DNA from: an uncultured Methanomassiliicoccales archaeon
GTDB lineage: Archaea; Thermoplasmatota; Thermoplasmata; Methanomassiliicoccales; UBA472
Direction of reading: 5' to 3'
Length of the DNA stretch: 64,000 nucleotides
Assembly (NCBI GenBank): GCA_963695345.1
Contig: OY968769.1
Coordinates: 2,304,001-2,368,000, forward strand
Of the stretch, positions 48,008 through 57,406 are shown in pieces (within the stretch, counting starts at the first letter, position 1; every line of letters starts with the position of its first letter). Below the pieces are notes generated by a model. The model saw nothing but the letters and a program-made list of their open reading frames with translations. It searched no databases and had not been told where the DNA came from. The translations under genes were made by a program, and so were the position numbers.

Positions 48008-49097
48008 GCGCGAGCCGGAAGCGCACAGAGCCAGATGGTGGCAGCCGGAAGGCGATGGAATTCTATGTCGGTTATGCCCTCGCAGATGCCGAATACCAGA
48101 TGGGGCGGTCGGATTCTGCAATGCCCGGGCGAATCACTCCGGACAACTGGTGGCCTTGACCTACGGTCGGGTATGCGCCTCAGCGGTCGATCCGGTGGAA
48201 AAGAAACCGGTATTTCACTACCGTCCCGGAGCTAGGCTGTATTCTGTCGGCACGTTCGGATGTAATCTTGACTGCGGTTTCTGTCAGAACGCCGTCATGG
48301 CCCGTTCCCGGTTCGACAACATCCCATCCCAATATATGCCGCCGGAAGAACTGGTCCGCACCGCCCTGGAAAAGAAGGTCGATGGTATCGGGTGGACCTT
48401 CAACGACCCGGTGGTGTGGTCCGAATACGTCATCGACGTCTCCGGTCTCGCTCATTCCCAAGGATTGTTCAATCTGCTGAACACCAATGGATACATCGAA
48501 CCGGAGGCAAGGGACGATCTTCTTGAGAACATAGACGTGGTCAAAGTGGACATCAAAGGATTCACCGAGGCCACCTACAATGATCTTTGCCAGGGTCAAC
48601 TGGCCCCGGTCCTCGACACATGCAGGAGCATTAACGACAAGGGGATACACCTTGAGCTGGCATATCCGGTCATCCCGGGCCTGACCGGCGCCAAGGAGAT
48701 GATGGCCAGATTCGGTGAATGGGTCGTGGAGGAACTGGGAAATGAAACACCGATACACCTTTTCCGTTTCCAGCCGGCCTATCGATTGTCGAACCTGGAT
48801 AGTCCTGACATCACGTATCTGCAAGAGGTCCGCGAGCTGCTGCTGAAATTGGGTTTGAGATTCGTGTACCTGGGAGGCGTGACCGGTGTGGGGCAGGATA
48901 CCATTTGTCCGAAATGCGGGACGGTCGTGATCTACCGGGCATCGGAGGAAGCTAGCGAGAAAATATTCGTCAAGAAAGAGCAGGTAAGTCGCTTCTGCCC
49001 GACGTTCGCGAAAGTCCGAAATCTGATGGTCAACGGATGTTGTCCGCGATGCGGTGAGTCATTACCGATTCAAGAAAAAGACGTATCTGGCTCGTGA
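47994..49097 (+). CDS. AmmeMemoRadiSam-type radical SAM enzyme (PflX-like)
   Basis: CRLCPRRC..GFC, DPVEKKPVFHY, CNLDCGFCQN, HLFRFQP, CPKC, CPRC. Start could be 47973, 47988 or 47994. Confidence 0.88.
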   Translation: MTIIEREPEAHRARWWQPEGDGILCRLCPRRCRIPDGAVGFCNARANHSGQLVALTYGRVCASAVDPVEKKPVFHYRPGARLYSVGTFGCNLDCGFCQNAVMARSRFDNIPSQYMPPEELVRTALEKKVDGIGWTFNDPVVWSEYVIDVSGLAHSQGLFNLLNTNGYIEPEARDDLLENIDVVKVDIKGFTEATYNDLCQGQLAPVLDTCRSINDKGIHLELAYPVIPGLTGAKEMMARFGEWVVEELGNETPIHLFRFQPAYRLSNLDSPDITYLQEVRELLLKLGLRFVYLGGVTGVGQDTICPKCGTVVIYRASEEASEKIFVKKEQVSRFCPTFAKVRNLMVNGCCPRCGESLPIQEKDVSGS

Positions 49098-49120
49098 AAA
49101 CAATTTTCAGGAACAAATTT

Positions 49121-49153
49121 TGGATGGTACATCCATCATAAAAGGATTTAATA
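49121..49153 (+). promoter_or_regulatory. Candidate operator TGGATGG-TACAT-CCATC plus TATA box (TTTAATA) of the corrinoid gene
   Basis: Palindrome at 49121-49137 lies 9 nt upstream of TTTAATA at 49147. The same motif precedes mcrB. Confidence 0.55.
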
Positions 49154-49208
49154 CAATCCTTTAGCATCCGAGGATTAGATTTCTTATTCCATTTGGGAGG
49201 ATAGGCGC

Positions 49209-49847
49209 ATGAGTGAGACTCTACAGAATCTGATTGATATTGTAATCAAGGGAAAGATCAAAGAGGCCAAGCCATTGGCCGAGAAGGCCCTCGCCGAAGG
49301 AATAACCGCGAAGGTAATCATCTTTGAAGGACTCAACAAGGCCATGGAGATCGTGGGACAGAAATACGAGAAGAAGGAGTATTTCCTGCCCCAGGTCCTG
49401 CTTTCCGCCCAGACTCTCTACCAGGCCCTCGATGTGGCCCTGCCAAGGCTCGATAAGGCCTCCATCGGAGCGCAAGGGAAGATCGTCATCGCGGTCGTGG
49501 AAGGGGACGTTCATGACATCGGCAAGAACATCGTAAAGGCGATGCTGACCGGTTCCGGCCTCACCATTCTGGACCTGGGCAGGGACATCCCGGTCAAGAA
49601 CATCGTCGATAAGGCAAAGGCGGAGAACGCGAGCATCATCGCCACCTCCACCCTCATGACGCCCACCCTGGCCGGAATGAAGGACCTCGAGAGAATGGCC
49701 AAGGAAGGCAACCTGAAACCGAAGATCAAGACCATTGTCGGCGGCGGCGCGACCTCCAAGGAATTTGCCAACCAGATCGGGGCCGACGGTTGGGCATATG
49801 ACGCGAACGAGGCAGTCAAGGTTATCACGGAACTGTTGAAGCGTTGA
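49209..49847 (+). CDS. Methyltransferase cognate corrinoid protein (MtaC/MtbC/MttC family)
   Basis: Cap domain (YFLPQVL), EGDVHDIGKNIV (DxHxxG), DLGRD, STLMT, VGGG, IGAD. GGAGG RBS. Confidence 0.95.
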   Translation: MSETLQNLIDIVIKGKIKEAKPLAEKALAEGITAKVIIFEGLNKAMEIVGQKYEKKEYFLPQVLLSAQTLYQALDVALPRLDKASIGAQGKIVIAVVEGDVHDIGKNIVKAMLTGSGLTILDLGRDIPVKNIVDKAKAENASIIATSTLMTPTLAGMKDLERMAKEGNLKPKIKTIVGGGATSKEFANQIGADGWAYDANEAVKVITELLKR

Positions 49848-49887
49848 GGCGTAACAATTCCTAACCTTTTTCCTGTTTCCGAGACCC

Positions 49888-50619
49888 TCACGGGATACGG
49901 AACGGTCGTTTTGAACCATCGAAACCGCCGCTCCACATGCGGTGGTTCACCAATCCTCCCGCCAAAGCCGCCAACCCGACCATCACGTTCTGATCGCCGG
50001 AGGTACTGCCGTAGAGTGGATTGCCCAACGAGAGAGCGCCGAACACTATCGCAACCACGCCCATCGCCGCAAGCAGAAGTGCCAGGTTTCTAACCACCCG
50101 AGGGGCGAACCTTTCGGTCGGTTCCTTCAGCCTTGCGGTCCTGTCCCTGAACGTGAACAATAGCATGGAGACGGCGGAAACTCCAAAGACCCACTCGTAC
50201 GCGTTTCCGATCTCTTTGGAAAGCGAATCGGCCACATAATTCGGGAAGTGATGCTGGCCGAAATCACCGAGCAGGGGATAGAATACGGTCACCGGCATCT
50301 CCCACATGGAATCGAGTATCAAATGGGAAAGGAGTCCGGCTACCAGCGCCATCATTATCCAGGAACCTTTCTTCCTGTGGTAGGCGAGACCGATTACCAG
50401 GATCGCCATGAAGAAGAGGCCGCTGTGGGCATAGATGCGGCCAAAATCGATCGAACCGTTCAGGAGGATATGCCCCAGTGGCTTGTCGATAAGGTCAGGC
50501 AATATGCTGCCGATCGCCGCCAGGAGGATGACCTTCCGGTCCTGCAGAAACTGGAAGATCACCAGCCCGATCACGAGGCCTATGAAGAGGTGGCACATCA
50601 GCAGCATGTTCAACGCCAA
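49888..50619 (-). CDS. YdjM-like membrane-bound metal-dependent hydrolase
   Basis: CH, GSILPDLIDK, GRIYAHS, SHLILD, YPL motifs. Confidence 0.85.
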   Translation of the reverse strand: MALNMLLMCHLFIGLVIGLVIFQFLQDRKVILLAAIGSILPDLIDKPLGHILLNGSIDFGRIYAHSGLFFMAILVIGLAYHRKKGSWIMMALVAGLLSHLILDSMWEMPVTVFYPLLGDFGQHHFPNYVADSLSKEIGNAYEWVFGVSAVSMLLFTFRDRTARLKEPTERFAPRVVRNLALLLAAMGVVAIVFGALSLGNPLYGSTSGDQNVMVGLAALAGGLVNHRMWSGGFDGSKRPFRIP

Positions 50620-50781
50620 TCCTTGGAGAGCTATAAAAGGGGAACCGAGTAACTAACCAAGGGTAGGATAATGACCACATCCAAATTCGATTTTGAGGGA
50701 ATTGGATGGAATCTTTAATATCGGTATTGGTAATTCAATAGGATAGAGCCTGTCCCGACCGGGACGTGTTTCGAGCGGGCC

Positions 50782-52161
50782 ATGGTGGGGCTGAGAACTA
50801 TTAGAACCGGGAAACGAGTCGTTGGTATTCTCCTTGGCATGATGGTATTCATCGAGGGGATTTTCGCCATTTACATGGCCAAACCCACTTGGATTACTGG
50901 ATATGGGGGAATCACCCAATCGGCCTTGGTCCTGGCAGGGGCCCAACTTGCCATTATCGGAGCCTTGACGATTCTGGTCTGGGCCATCTACAAGGACAAG
51001 AAAATGGAAGGAACGATGGGGAAAGTGATTCCCCTCGTGATGCTGTCCGCCTCATTATTATTGATCATCGAAGGCATAATGGTAACATTCCTTTCCAACG
51101 ACATATTGATCGGCGCCACCCGCGGCGTTTCAAAGAAATACGTGGCCCTGATCGGCGTACAATTGTTCGTCATCGGGATGACCCAGCTGAGCCTTTGGAT
51201 CCGCCGCGAAAAGGAGCAAACCAACTGGCTGTTCGGCTGGGCGGCACTTTTCTTCTCCATCGTCCTGGTGGCCGAAGGACTATTCACTGCCTGCATTTCT
51301 GGGGACATCATCATCGCCGGCGTCGGCACGATCCCAAAGGGAACCGTGTTCCTATTGGGCCTTCAATTGTGCCTTCTGTCCGGGGTGTTGTACTTCATAC
51401 AGTTGTTCAAGGATGACGGCTTCCTTACTGGCCGACTGAGCAGGAAATGGATGAACCATATCATCGCCATCCTTGTGCTGGTCATCGCTCTTGAGAGCGT
51501 GGTCCTGGCCTATTTCACTGAGCCGATGGTCCTGGCATATTCAGATTCACAGGTGGAAGGGTTCGGAAAGCTATTCCTCAGCCCCATCGCCGCACAGCTG
51601 CTCGCGATCAGCCTGTTGGTGCTTTCCTCCTGGAAGTTGGCAGAGGCAAAGCTGGACCGGAAGTCATTGGTCGAGTTCTTGGGCATGGGCGCGGGAATCG
51701 CCCTCGCCGCCGAAGGCGCATTTGTGTTAGCGATCTCCGGCCGCATGCGGGTCCTGAACGAGATCGGTGGGATAAGGACAGGCACCGTCATGGCCGCCGG
51801 CCTGGTGCTGTTGCTGATCGGCATGGTGGTCCTTTTCTGCTGGCATTTCCGGAACGAAGGAATAGTGAAGAGGTTCGCAGGAAAAGGAAGACTGGACCTT
51901 TTCATGATGGTCATGGGTCTGATAACCGGCATCGCAGGAGTGGCGCTGTCGGCACTATCTGCCCGGGTGGTCATCGATGAAGTAGGCAGCATAGCCGCGA
52001 GATACATCGAACTCGCCGGTATCCAGCTTATTATTTTGGCATCGGTGATGGTTCTGATGTGGGTAATGCGGGTGGACGGGGTTACCTACAGGATGAAGCG
52101 CCTGTCCCTCATGACCGCGCTCTTCCTGATGCTCCTCATCCCGCCGGCCATCCTAATGTAG
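50782..52161 (+). CDS. Polytopic membrane protein with six internal TM-loop-TM repeats, function unknown
   Basis: Repeated EG..(beta segment)..G.I....G.QL unit, six times. Confidence 0.8.
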   Translation: MVGLRTIRTGKRVVGILLGMMVFIEGIFAIYMAKPTWITGYGGITQSALVLAGAQLAIIGALTILVWAIYKDKKMEGTMGKVIPLVMLSASLLLIIEGIMVTFLSNDILIGATRGVSKKYVALIGVQLFVIGMTQLSLWIRREKEQTNWLFGWAALFFSIVLVAEGLFTACISGDIIIAGVGTIPKGTVFLLGLQLCLLSGVLYFIQLFKDDGFLTGRLSRKWMNHIIAILVLVIALESVVLAYFTEPMVLAYSDSQVEGFGKLFLSPIAAQLLAISLLVLSSWKLAEAKLDRKSLVEFLGMGAGIALAAEGAFVLAISGRMRVLNEIGGIRTGTVMAAGLVLLLIGMVVLFCWHFRNEGIVKRFAGKGRLDLFMMVMGLITGIAGVALSALSARVVIDEVGSIAARYIELAGIQLIILASVMVLMWVMRVDGVTYRMKRLSLMTALFLMLLIPPAILM

Positions 52162-52233
52162 GCTCTATAGAGGGCTCAGAAACTATATTGACCCTCTATT
52201 CCCTTTTCCCTCATTCTACGGAGTGTATTATCC

Positions 52234-54189
52234 ATGGCACCGGAGGACAAGAGGATCTTAGGACTTGGGATCGACACGGGTGGAACATTCACCGATGCGG
52301 CAATTATCGACATGAAGACCATGGAGGTACTGACCAAGGCGAAATCTCCGACCACCTATCAGGACCTGTCCATAGGTCTTCTGGGCGCGGTCGATGGGGT
52401 AATCGCCTCGGGCCTGTTCGACGTGGACGAGATCAAGATCGTGGGACTTTCCACCACTCTTGCCACCAACTCGATCCTGACCGGCAAGGGCGGTCAGGTA
52501 GGCCTCATCTGCATCGGCTGGTCCCCTGACCGGGATTGGGACATGGGGACCAAGATAATCGAGACCGTGGAGGGCGGTCACACCGTAAGGGGCTATGAGA
52601 ACCAGCCACTGGATGTCGCGGCCCTCGAGAGGGCGATATCCTCGATGGCCTCAAAGGTCGACGCCATAGCCATCTCCAGCATCTTCAGCGTATACAACCC
52701 GGACCACGAGGTGCGCGCCCGCAAGGCCATCCTGGAGAGGGCGAACATGCTCACCGTCACCGGTCATGACCTGACCACCCAGCTGGGCATAAAAGAAAGG
52801 ACCATCACCGCCGTGCTGAACGCCAAGCTGATACCGATCATCGGGGACTTCCTGAACAGCGTGGAACATTCGATGGAGAAGAGGGGGATCAAGGGCCAGA
52901 TCATGGTGTATAAGGGTGACGGGTCGCTGATGAACATAGCAGTGGCCAGGACCAGGCCGGTGGACACCATCCTTTCCGGACCCGCCGCCAGCCTTATGGG
53001 GGGCAGGTTGCTGTCCAAACTGGAGAACTGCATTGTCCTGGACATCGGCGGAACGTCCACCGACATCGCTTATCTGGACAAGGGATTCCCGCGCATCAAC
53101 CGGGAAGGCGCCTCGGTCGGGAACTGGAGGACCCGGGTCAGGGCCATCGATATCTGGACCAGCGGACTCGGAGGGGACTCCGACATGCAGGTGGACCGCT
53201 ATGGACACCTGGAGATAGGGCCGGAAAGGGTCATGCCGCTGGCCTTGGCCTCGAAGAAGGACCCGGCGATCCTGGACAAACTGCGCCTGACCAGGCAGAC
53301 CACCTATTATATGGTGTACGACAGGGACACCGCCAAACTGAGCCACGAGGACCGTCTGGTGTACAACTTCCTCAAGGAGAACAAGGTGAGCACGTTCAAT
53401 GAGGCCAACGAGGGTGTTCCGGAGCTCTATTTCGTGACCGAGAACCTGCGCTCCCTCAAGGCCAAGGGATTCATTCTGCAGACCGGTCTGACCCCCACCG
53501 ACATCATGCACGTCAAAGGGATCTATACGCCCGGGGACGTCCTGGCATCAAGGGAGGGAGTGGAGATATTCTCCAATCTGGCGTGCGTGACCGTGGACCA
53601 TTTCATCGAGAACTTCATGGACGTGATGGTCACCAATATCGGCGGCGAAGTGGTAAAGAAGATCATATCGGACGAGGCCGGGGACATTATTCCGTCCCGC
53701 GCTTTGGACTATCTCATCAAGGCCATTCTGGGGGCCGCCGGATTCCGGACCATGTCCATCCAAGCCTCCCTCGACCGGCCGATAGTGGGGATCGGGGCGC
53801 CGGCACACGTGTTCGTCCCGGAACTGGAGAAGAGGATGAACGTCAAGGTCATCATCCCTCCGAACCATGACGTCGGGAATGCCGTCGGCGCGGTGTGCAG
53901 CAAGGTGTCGGAGATGATATCGGTGCAGGTCTACCCCCGAGACTACAAGTTCTGGGTGTTCACGCCTTTCGCCGACCCGCTGGAGTTCCACCACCGCGAG
54001 GAGGCCATCGAGAAGGCCAAGGAGGTCGCCTGCGATTACGTCAAAGAAAGGGCGCTGGCCGCCGGTGCCAAGAACGTCGAGGTCATGGTCGACGTGGACG
54101 AGAAGCGTTTCGCGCCAGGCTCGACCACGACCACTCCCACCTCCAACTGGACCGAGGTTAGGGCCAGAGCGACAGGAGACCCAATTTAG
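52234..54189 (+). CDS. Hydantoinase/oxoprolinase A-subunit-like ASKHA ATPase
   Basis: GIDTGGTFTD, STTLATN, ERTITAVLNA, SGPAAS, DIGGTSTD, GLGGDS, TPTD, NAVGA. Confidence 0.9.
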   Translation: MAPEDKRILGLGIDTGGTFTDAAIIDMKTMEVLTKAKSPTTYQDLSIGLLGAVDGVIASGLFDVDEIKIVGLSTTLATNSILTGKGGQVGLICIGWSPDRDWDMGTKIIETVEGGHTVRGYENQPLDVAALERAISSMASKVDAIAISSIFSVYNPDHEVRARKAILERANMLTVTGHDLTTQLGIKERTITAVLNAKLIPIIGDFLNSVEHSMEKRGIKGQIMVYKGDGSLMNIAVARTRPVDTILSGPAASLMGGRLLSKLENCIVLDIGGTSTDIAYLDKGFPRINREGASVGNWRTRVRAIDIWTSGLGGDSDMQVDRYGHLEIGPERVMPLALASKKDPAILDKLRLTRQTTYYMVYDRDTAKLSHEDRLVYNFLKENKVSTFNEANEGVPELYFVTENLRSLKAKGFILQTGLTPTDIMHVKGIYTPGDVLASREGVEIFSNLACVTVDHFIENFMDVMVTNIGGEVVKKIISDEAGDIIPSRALDYLIKAILGAAGFRTMSIQASLDRPIVGIGAPAHVFVPELEKRMNVKVIIPPNHDVGNAVGAVCSKVSEMISVQVYPRDYKFWVFTPFADPLEFHHREEAIEKAKEVACDYVKERALAAGAKNVEVMVDVDEKRFAPGSTTTTPTSNWTEVRARATGDPI

Positions 54190-54267
54190 GCCGGAGAAAC
54201 ATTGAAGTAATATAATCAAGATAATGCGGCTGAATATCTTATTTAAGATGTTATTGGAGGGAATTTA

Positions 54268-55278
54268 GTGGCTAGCAAAATGACTCCGAGGGAGCGCGTT
54301 CTCGCCGCTCTTGATTTGAAGGAAGTTGACAGGCCTCCAGTTGTATGCTTCACACAGAGCGCAACTGTTGATGTGATGGACGCGGTCAAGGTATATTGGC
54401 CCGAAGCCCACACCGACGCACACAAGATGGCTGAGTTGGCCATGGGTGTCCCGACGGTATTGGGTCTTGAGTCCGTCAGGATGCCGTACTGCCTGACCGT
54501 CGAGGCTGAGATCATGGGTTGCGTCGTAAACCTGGGTGGCCAGGACAGGACCCCAATGGTCAAGAAGCACGCGTTCGATGAGGACTCCGAGGTAGTAATC
54601 CCGGATGACATAACCTCAAAGGGCAGAATGAAGACCGTCATCGAGGCTGTAAAGATCGCCAAGGCAAAGGTCGGAAATGAATACCCGATCGTTGTCGGAA
54701 CCACCGGCCCAGTCACCATCGCGGGACACCTGGTCGGAACCGAGAACCTGCTCCTGTGGATGATCGTCAACCCGAGCGCCGTCCAGAAGTTCGTGGACAT
54801 AGCGACCAAGATCGAGAAGGAATACTGTACCGCACTGGCAGCCGCCGGCGCAGATGTCATCGTCATGAGCGACCCATCGTCCTCGACCGACATGATGTCC
54901 GCCGAACTGTTCGACCAGTACAGCAAGCCGTCGATCCGCGAGTGCTTCACCGACGTCGGTGAGACCAAGACCGTCCTGCACATCTGTGGCAACACCACCG
55001 TCCTGCTGGACCACATGATCGACACTGGCGTCAACGGCCTGTCGATCGAGGAGAAGGTCGAGCCGGAAGAGGCTGTCAGGCTGGTAGGCGGAAGGGCCGC
55101 TCTCGTCGGAAACGTCGGAGTGGTCAGGCCGTTGCTGCAGGGCACCCCTGAGGAATGCTACGAGGCAGGCAAGAGATGCAAGGAAGCCGGCTTCAACCTC
55201 GTCGCACCGGGATGCGGACTCGCGGCACGTGTGCCTCTGGCCAACATCCAGGCATTGGTCAAGGCAGTCAAGGAGTGA
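54268..55278 (+). CDS. Methylcobamide:CoM methyltransferase (MT2, MtaA/MtbA family)
   Basis: UroD fold: PYCLTVEAE, GPVTIAGHLVG, zinc ligands HICG and APGCG. GTG start after GGAGG. Confidence 0.93.
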   Translation: MASKMTPRERVLAALDLKEVDRPPVVCFTQSATVDVMDAVKVYWPEAHTDAHKMAELAMGVPTVLGLESVRMPYCLTVEAEIMGCVVNLGGQDRTPMVKKHAFDEDSEVVIPDDITSKGRMKTVIEAVKIAKAKVGNEYPIVVGTTGPVTIAGHLVGTENLLLWMIVNPSAVQKFVDIATKIEKEYCTALAAAGADVIVMSDPSSSTDMMSAELFDQYSKPSIRECFTDVGETKTVLHICGNTTVLLDHMIDTGVNGLSIEEKVEPEEAVRLVGGRAALVGNVGVVRPLLQGTPEECYEAGKRCKEAGFNLVAPGCGLAARVPLANIQALVKAVKE

Positions 55279-55288
55279 ACTTCTTAAG

Positions 55289-55319
55289 GGGGAGAGATCC
55301 CCCTATCAACGATTTTTTT
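55289..55319 (+). terminator. Terminator-like hairpin plus T-tract
   Basis: GGGGA-GAGA-TCCCC followed by TTTTTTT, right after the MT2 stop. Confidence 0.6.
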
Positions 55320-55756
55320 CTACATTTCAGTCCCGGATTATGAATATCGGATTTTTCAGTAGCCCAGCTACATAGCGATGCTCGGTGCCTTGAGGATCAC
55401 CTGTTTCTGCTGAGCCATTCGTAACCTGGGCGAAACGAAACCAGTCATGCTGTCATCGAGGAGGGCCGATAGGCCATTGGGTCCAGGGACTGGAATCACC
55501 CCGGGCCCCATTGATTCAACGATCGATGCTGCCCCGAGATAACAGAACTTACCACCGCCGTCCGGTCCACCGTACGAAGTCATAGGTCGTTCAGAACGGT
55601 TGATCTCAGTCCTCTACCAAGCCGACGCGGCAGGCTTCATGAAACAACCTTGGACCCTTCCATGTGGACGTTATTGGATCCATCCAGTCTTTCAGTGATG
55701 TGTACAGTTTTAAGAAAGCTGATATATAGACAGTATGCAATCTTCGAACGATTTTC

Positions 55757-57406
55757 ATGGCATACGGTGTTGCTCTAGACCTGGGAACCAGTGGATATCG
55801 TTCTCATCTGGTTGACCTTTCTAACAAAGGTAAGATAGTGTCGACCTCAATCACAATGAGACATCCGTTGCCGGGCGCGAACATCATGGACCATCTCCAT
55901 TTTTGGATGGAGAACGGGAGCGAGGTCGGACACAGCATTATAACGGAGACAGTGGACCACCTGATCGAATTGCATGGTGCCAAACCAGATGAGATAGAGA
56001 GGATCGCGGTCTGCGGCAATCCGGCCCAGCTCTCCATGTTCGAGAACATCGAGATCCGCGACCTGGCCTATGCTGGGCAATCGCTCCTCAGTCGGCTCAA
56101 CATCAAGGTTCCGGAACGGCGGGCACACGTGATCAAGGCCGATGAGCTGGGCCTCAGATCGGTCAATAAGGCCGCCGACATCCGTATCCCGCCATCCATC
56201 CGCCATGAGATCGGCGCTGATGCGCTGGCCATGATCATCAAGACCAAGCTCCTGGATAAAGATGAGACCTGCATGGTCACCGACTACGGCACGAACGCCG
56301 AGATGGGTCTTTACCATGAAGGGGAGCTCTACACCGGATCCGCCGCCGCCGGACCGGCAATGGAAGGGCAGTCGATCAAGTTCGGAATGCTGGCAGCCCC
56401 GGAGGCCATCTCTGATCTGGCGATAGGGCCGGATGAGATGTGGTACAATTACGTCCTCGACAAACACCTCCATCCGTGCAAGGCGGCGATGGTCGGGCCC
56501 CGGAACAACAAGGTCCAGGTCATCGAGAACCTGACCGCCCGGGGCATCACCGGAACCGGAGTGGTGGCCGCCGTGGCGATGGGCCTGGAGACCGGGATCA
56601 TCAAATTGCCCGGTATCGACACGCCAGACCACATGATACACTTGATGAACGGGATCACCTTCACCGAGCATGACCTGAAGGAAGCGGGAAAGGCCATGGG
56701 CGCCATCCGGGCGGGTCACCGGACGCTCATCCAGAATGTCGGAATAGACGATGCCGAGGTCAAGACCATGTACCTGGCCGGAGCGTCCGGAACATACGTG
56801 GATCCGATAAAGGCACAAAGGGTGGGCCTCTTGCCCCGGGTACTGGAGAGAACGGTCCAGGCAGGCAACACGTCGCTCATGATGGCCTATGATATCCTGG
56901 TGGACGACAACGGCCTGGACCACATGCAGGATGTGGCCAACTCGATCGCCTCCAAGCACATCATGTTCGCCACCAGCGAGGTCTTCGAGGATCACTACGT
57001 CAACGAACTGGCCTACTGGGATGAGGGTATGCCCTTCGACATGGTCAACACCATGCTGAAGAAGGCCGGATACCGGCCCATGCCCGAGATCGTACGCCCG
57101 AAGGAGATGATACGATTGGTAAGCAGCGACATCCCGGTCATCGGGGACCGAGGGCTTAAGACACTGGAGGATGTCGGGGTGTACCTCATCGGTTCCTTCG
57201 AGGGCTGCATTGGCTGCCAGAAATGCGAGCTGGAGTGTCCGGAGCGGGCCTTGAAGATCCTGCCGATGGGAGATGACAAGTTCAAGGTCAGGATAGCAAC
57301 CGAGTTCTGCCTTGGGACGGCGTGCAAGCATTGTGAAAATGTATGTCCCAAGAAGGTCTATAATCTCAGCAAGCTCGCGGTGGTAAGAAGAGGAGATGAC
57401 CAGTAA
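55757..57406 (+). CDS. ramA: Corrinoid protein reductive activase RamA
   Basis: ALDLGTSG, HPLPGANIMDH, IGADA, TDYGTNAE, AGPAMEG, and C-terminal CIGCQKCELECP / CLGTACKHCENVCP. Confidence 0.93.
   Translation: MAYGVALDLGTSGYRSHLVDLSNKGKIVSTSITMRHPLPGANIMDHLHFWMENGSEVGHSIITETVDHLIELHGAKPDEIERIAVCGNPAQLSMFENIEIRDLAYAGQSLLSRLNIKVPERRAHVIKADELGLRSVNKAADIRIPPSIRHEIGADALAMIIKTKLLDKDETCMVTDYGTNAEMGLYHEGELYTGSAAAGPAMEGQSIKFGMLAAPEAISDLAIGPDEMWYNYVLDKHLHPCKAAMVGPRNNKVQVIENLTARGITGTGVVAAVAMGLETGIIKLPGIDTPDHMIHLMNGITFTEHDLKEAGKAMGAIRAGHRTLIQNVGIDDAEVKTMYLAGASGTYVDPIKAQRVGLLPRVLERTVQAGNTSLMMAYDILVDDNGLDHMQDVANSIASKHIMFATSEVFEDHYVNELAYWDEGMPFDMVNTMLKKAGYRPMPEIVRPKEMIRLVSSDIPVIGDRGLKTLEDVGVYLIGSFEGCIGCQKCELECPERALKILPMGDDKFKVRIATEFCLGTACKHCENVCPKKVYNLSKLAVVRRGDDQ

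Noticed and set aside
55455-55555. RNase P RNA (GAGGAGGGCC ... AACAGAACTTA)
   Set aside because: Only a loose resemblance to the P4 signatures, which are also too close together.
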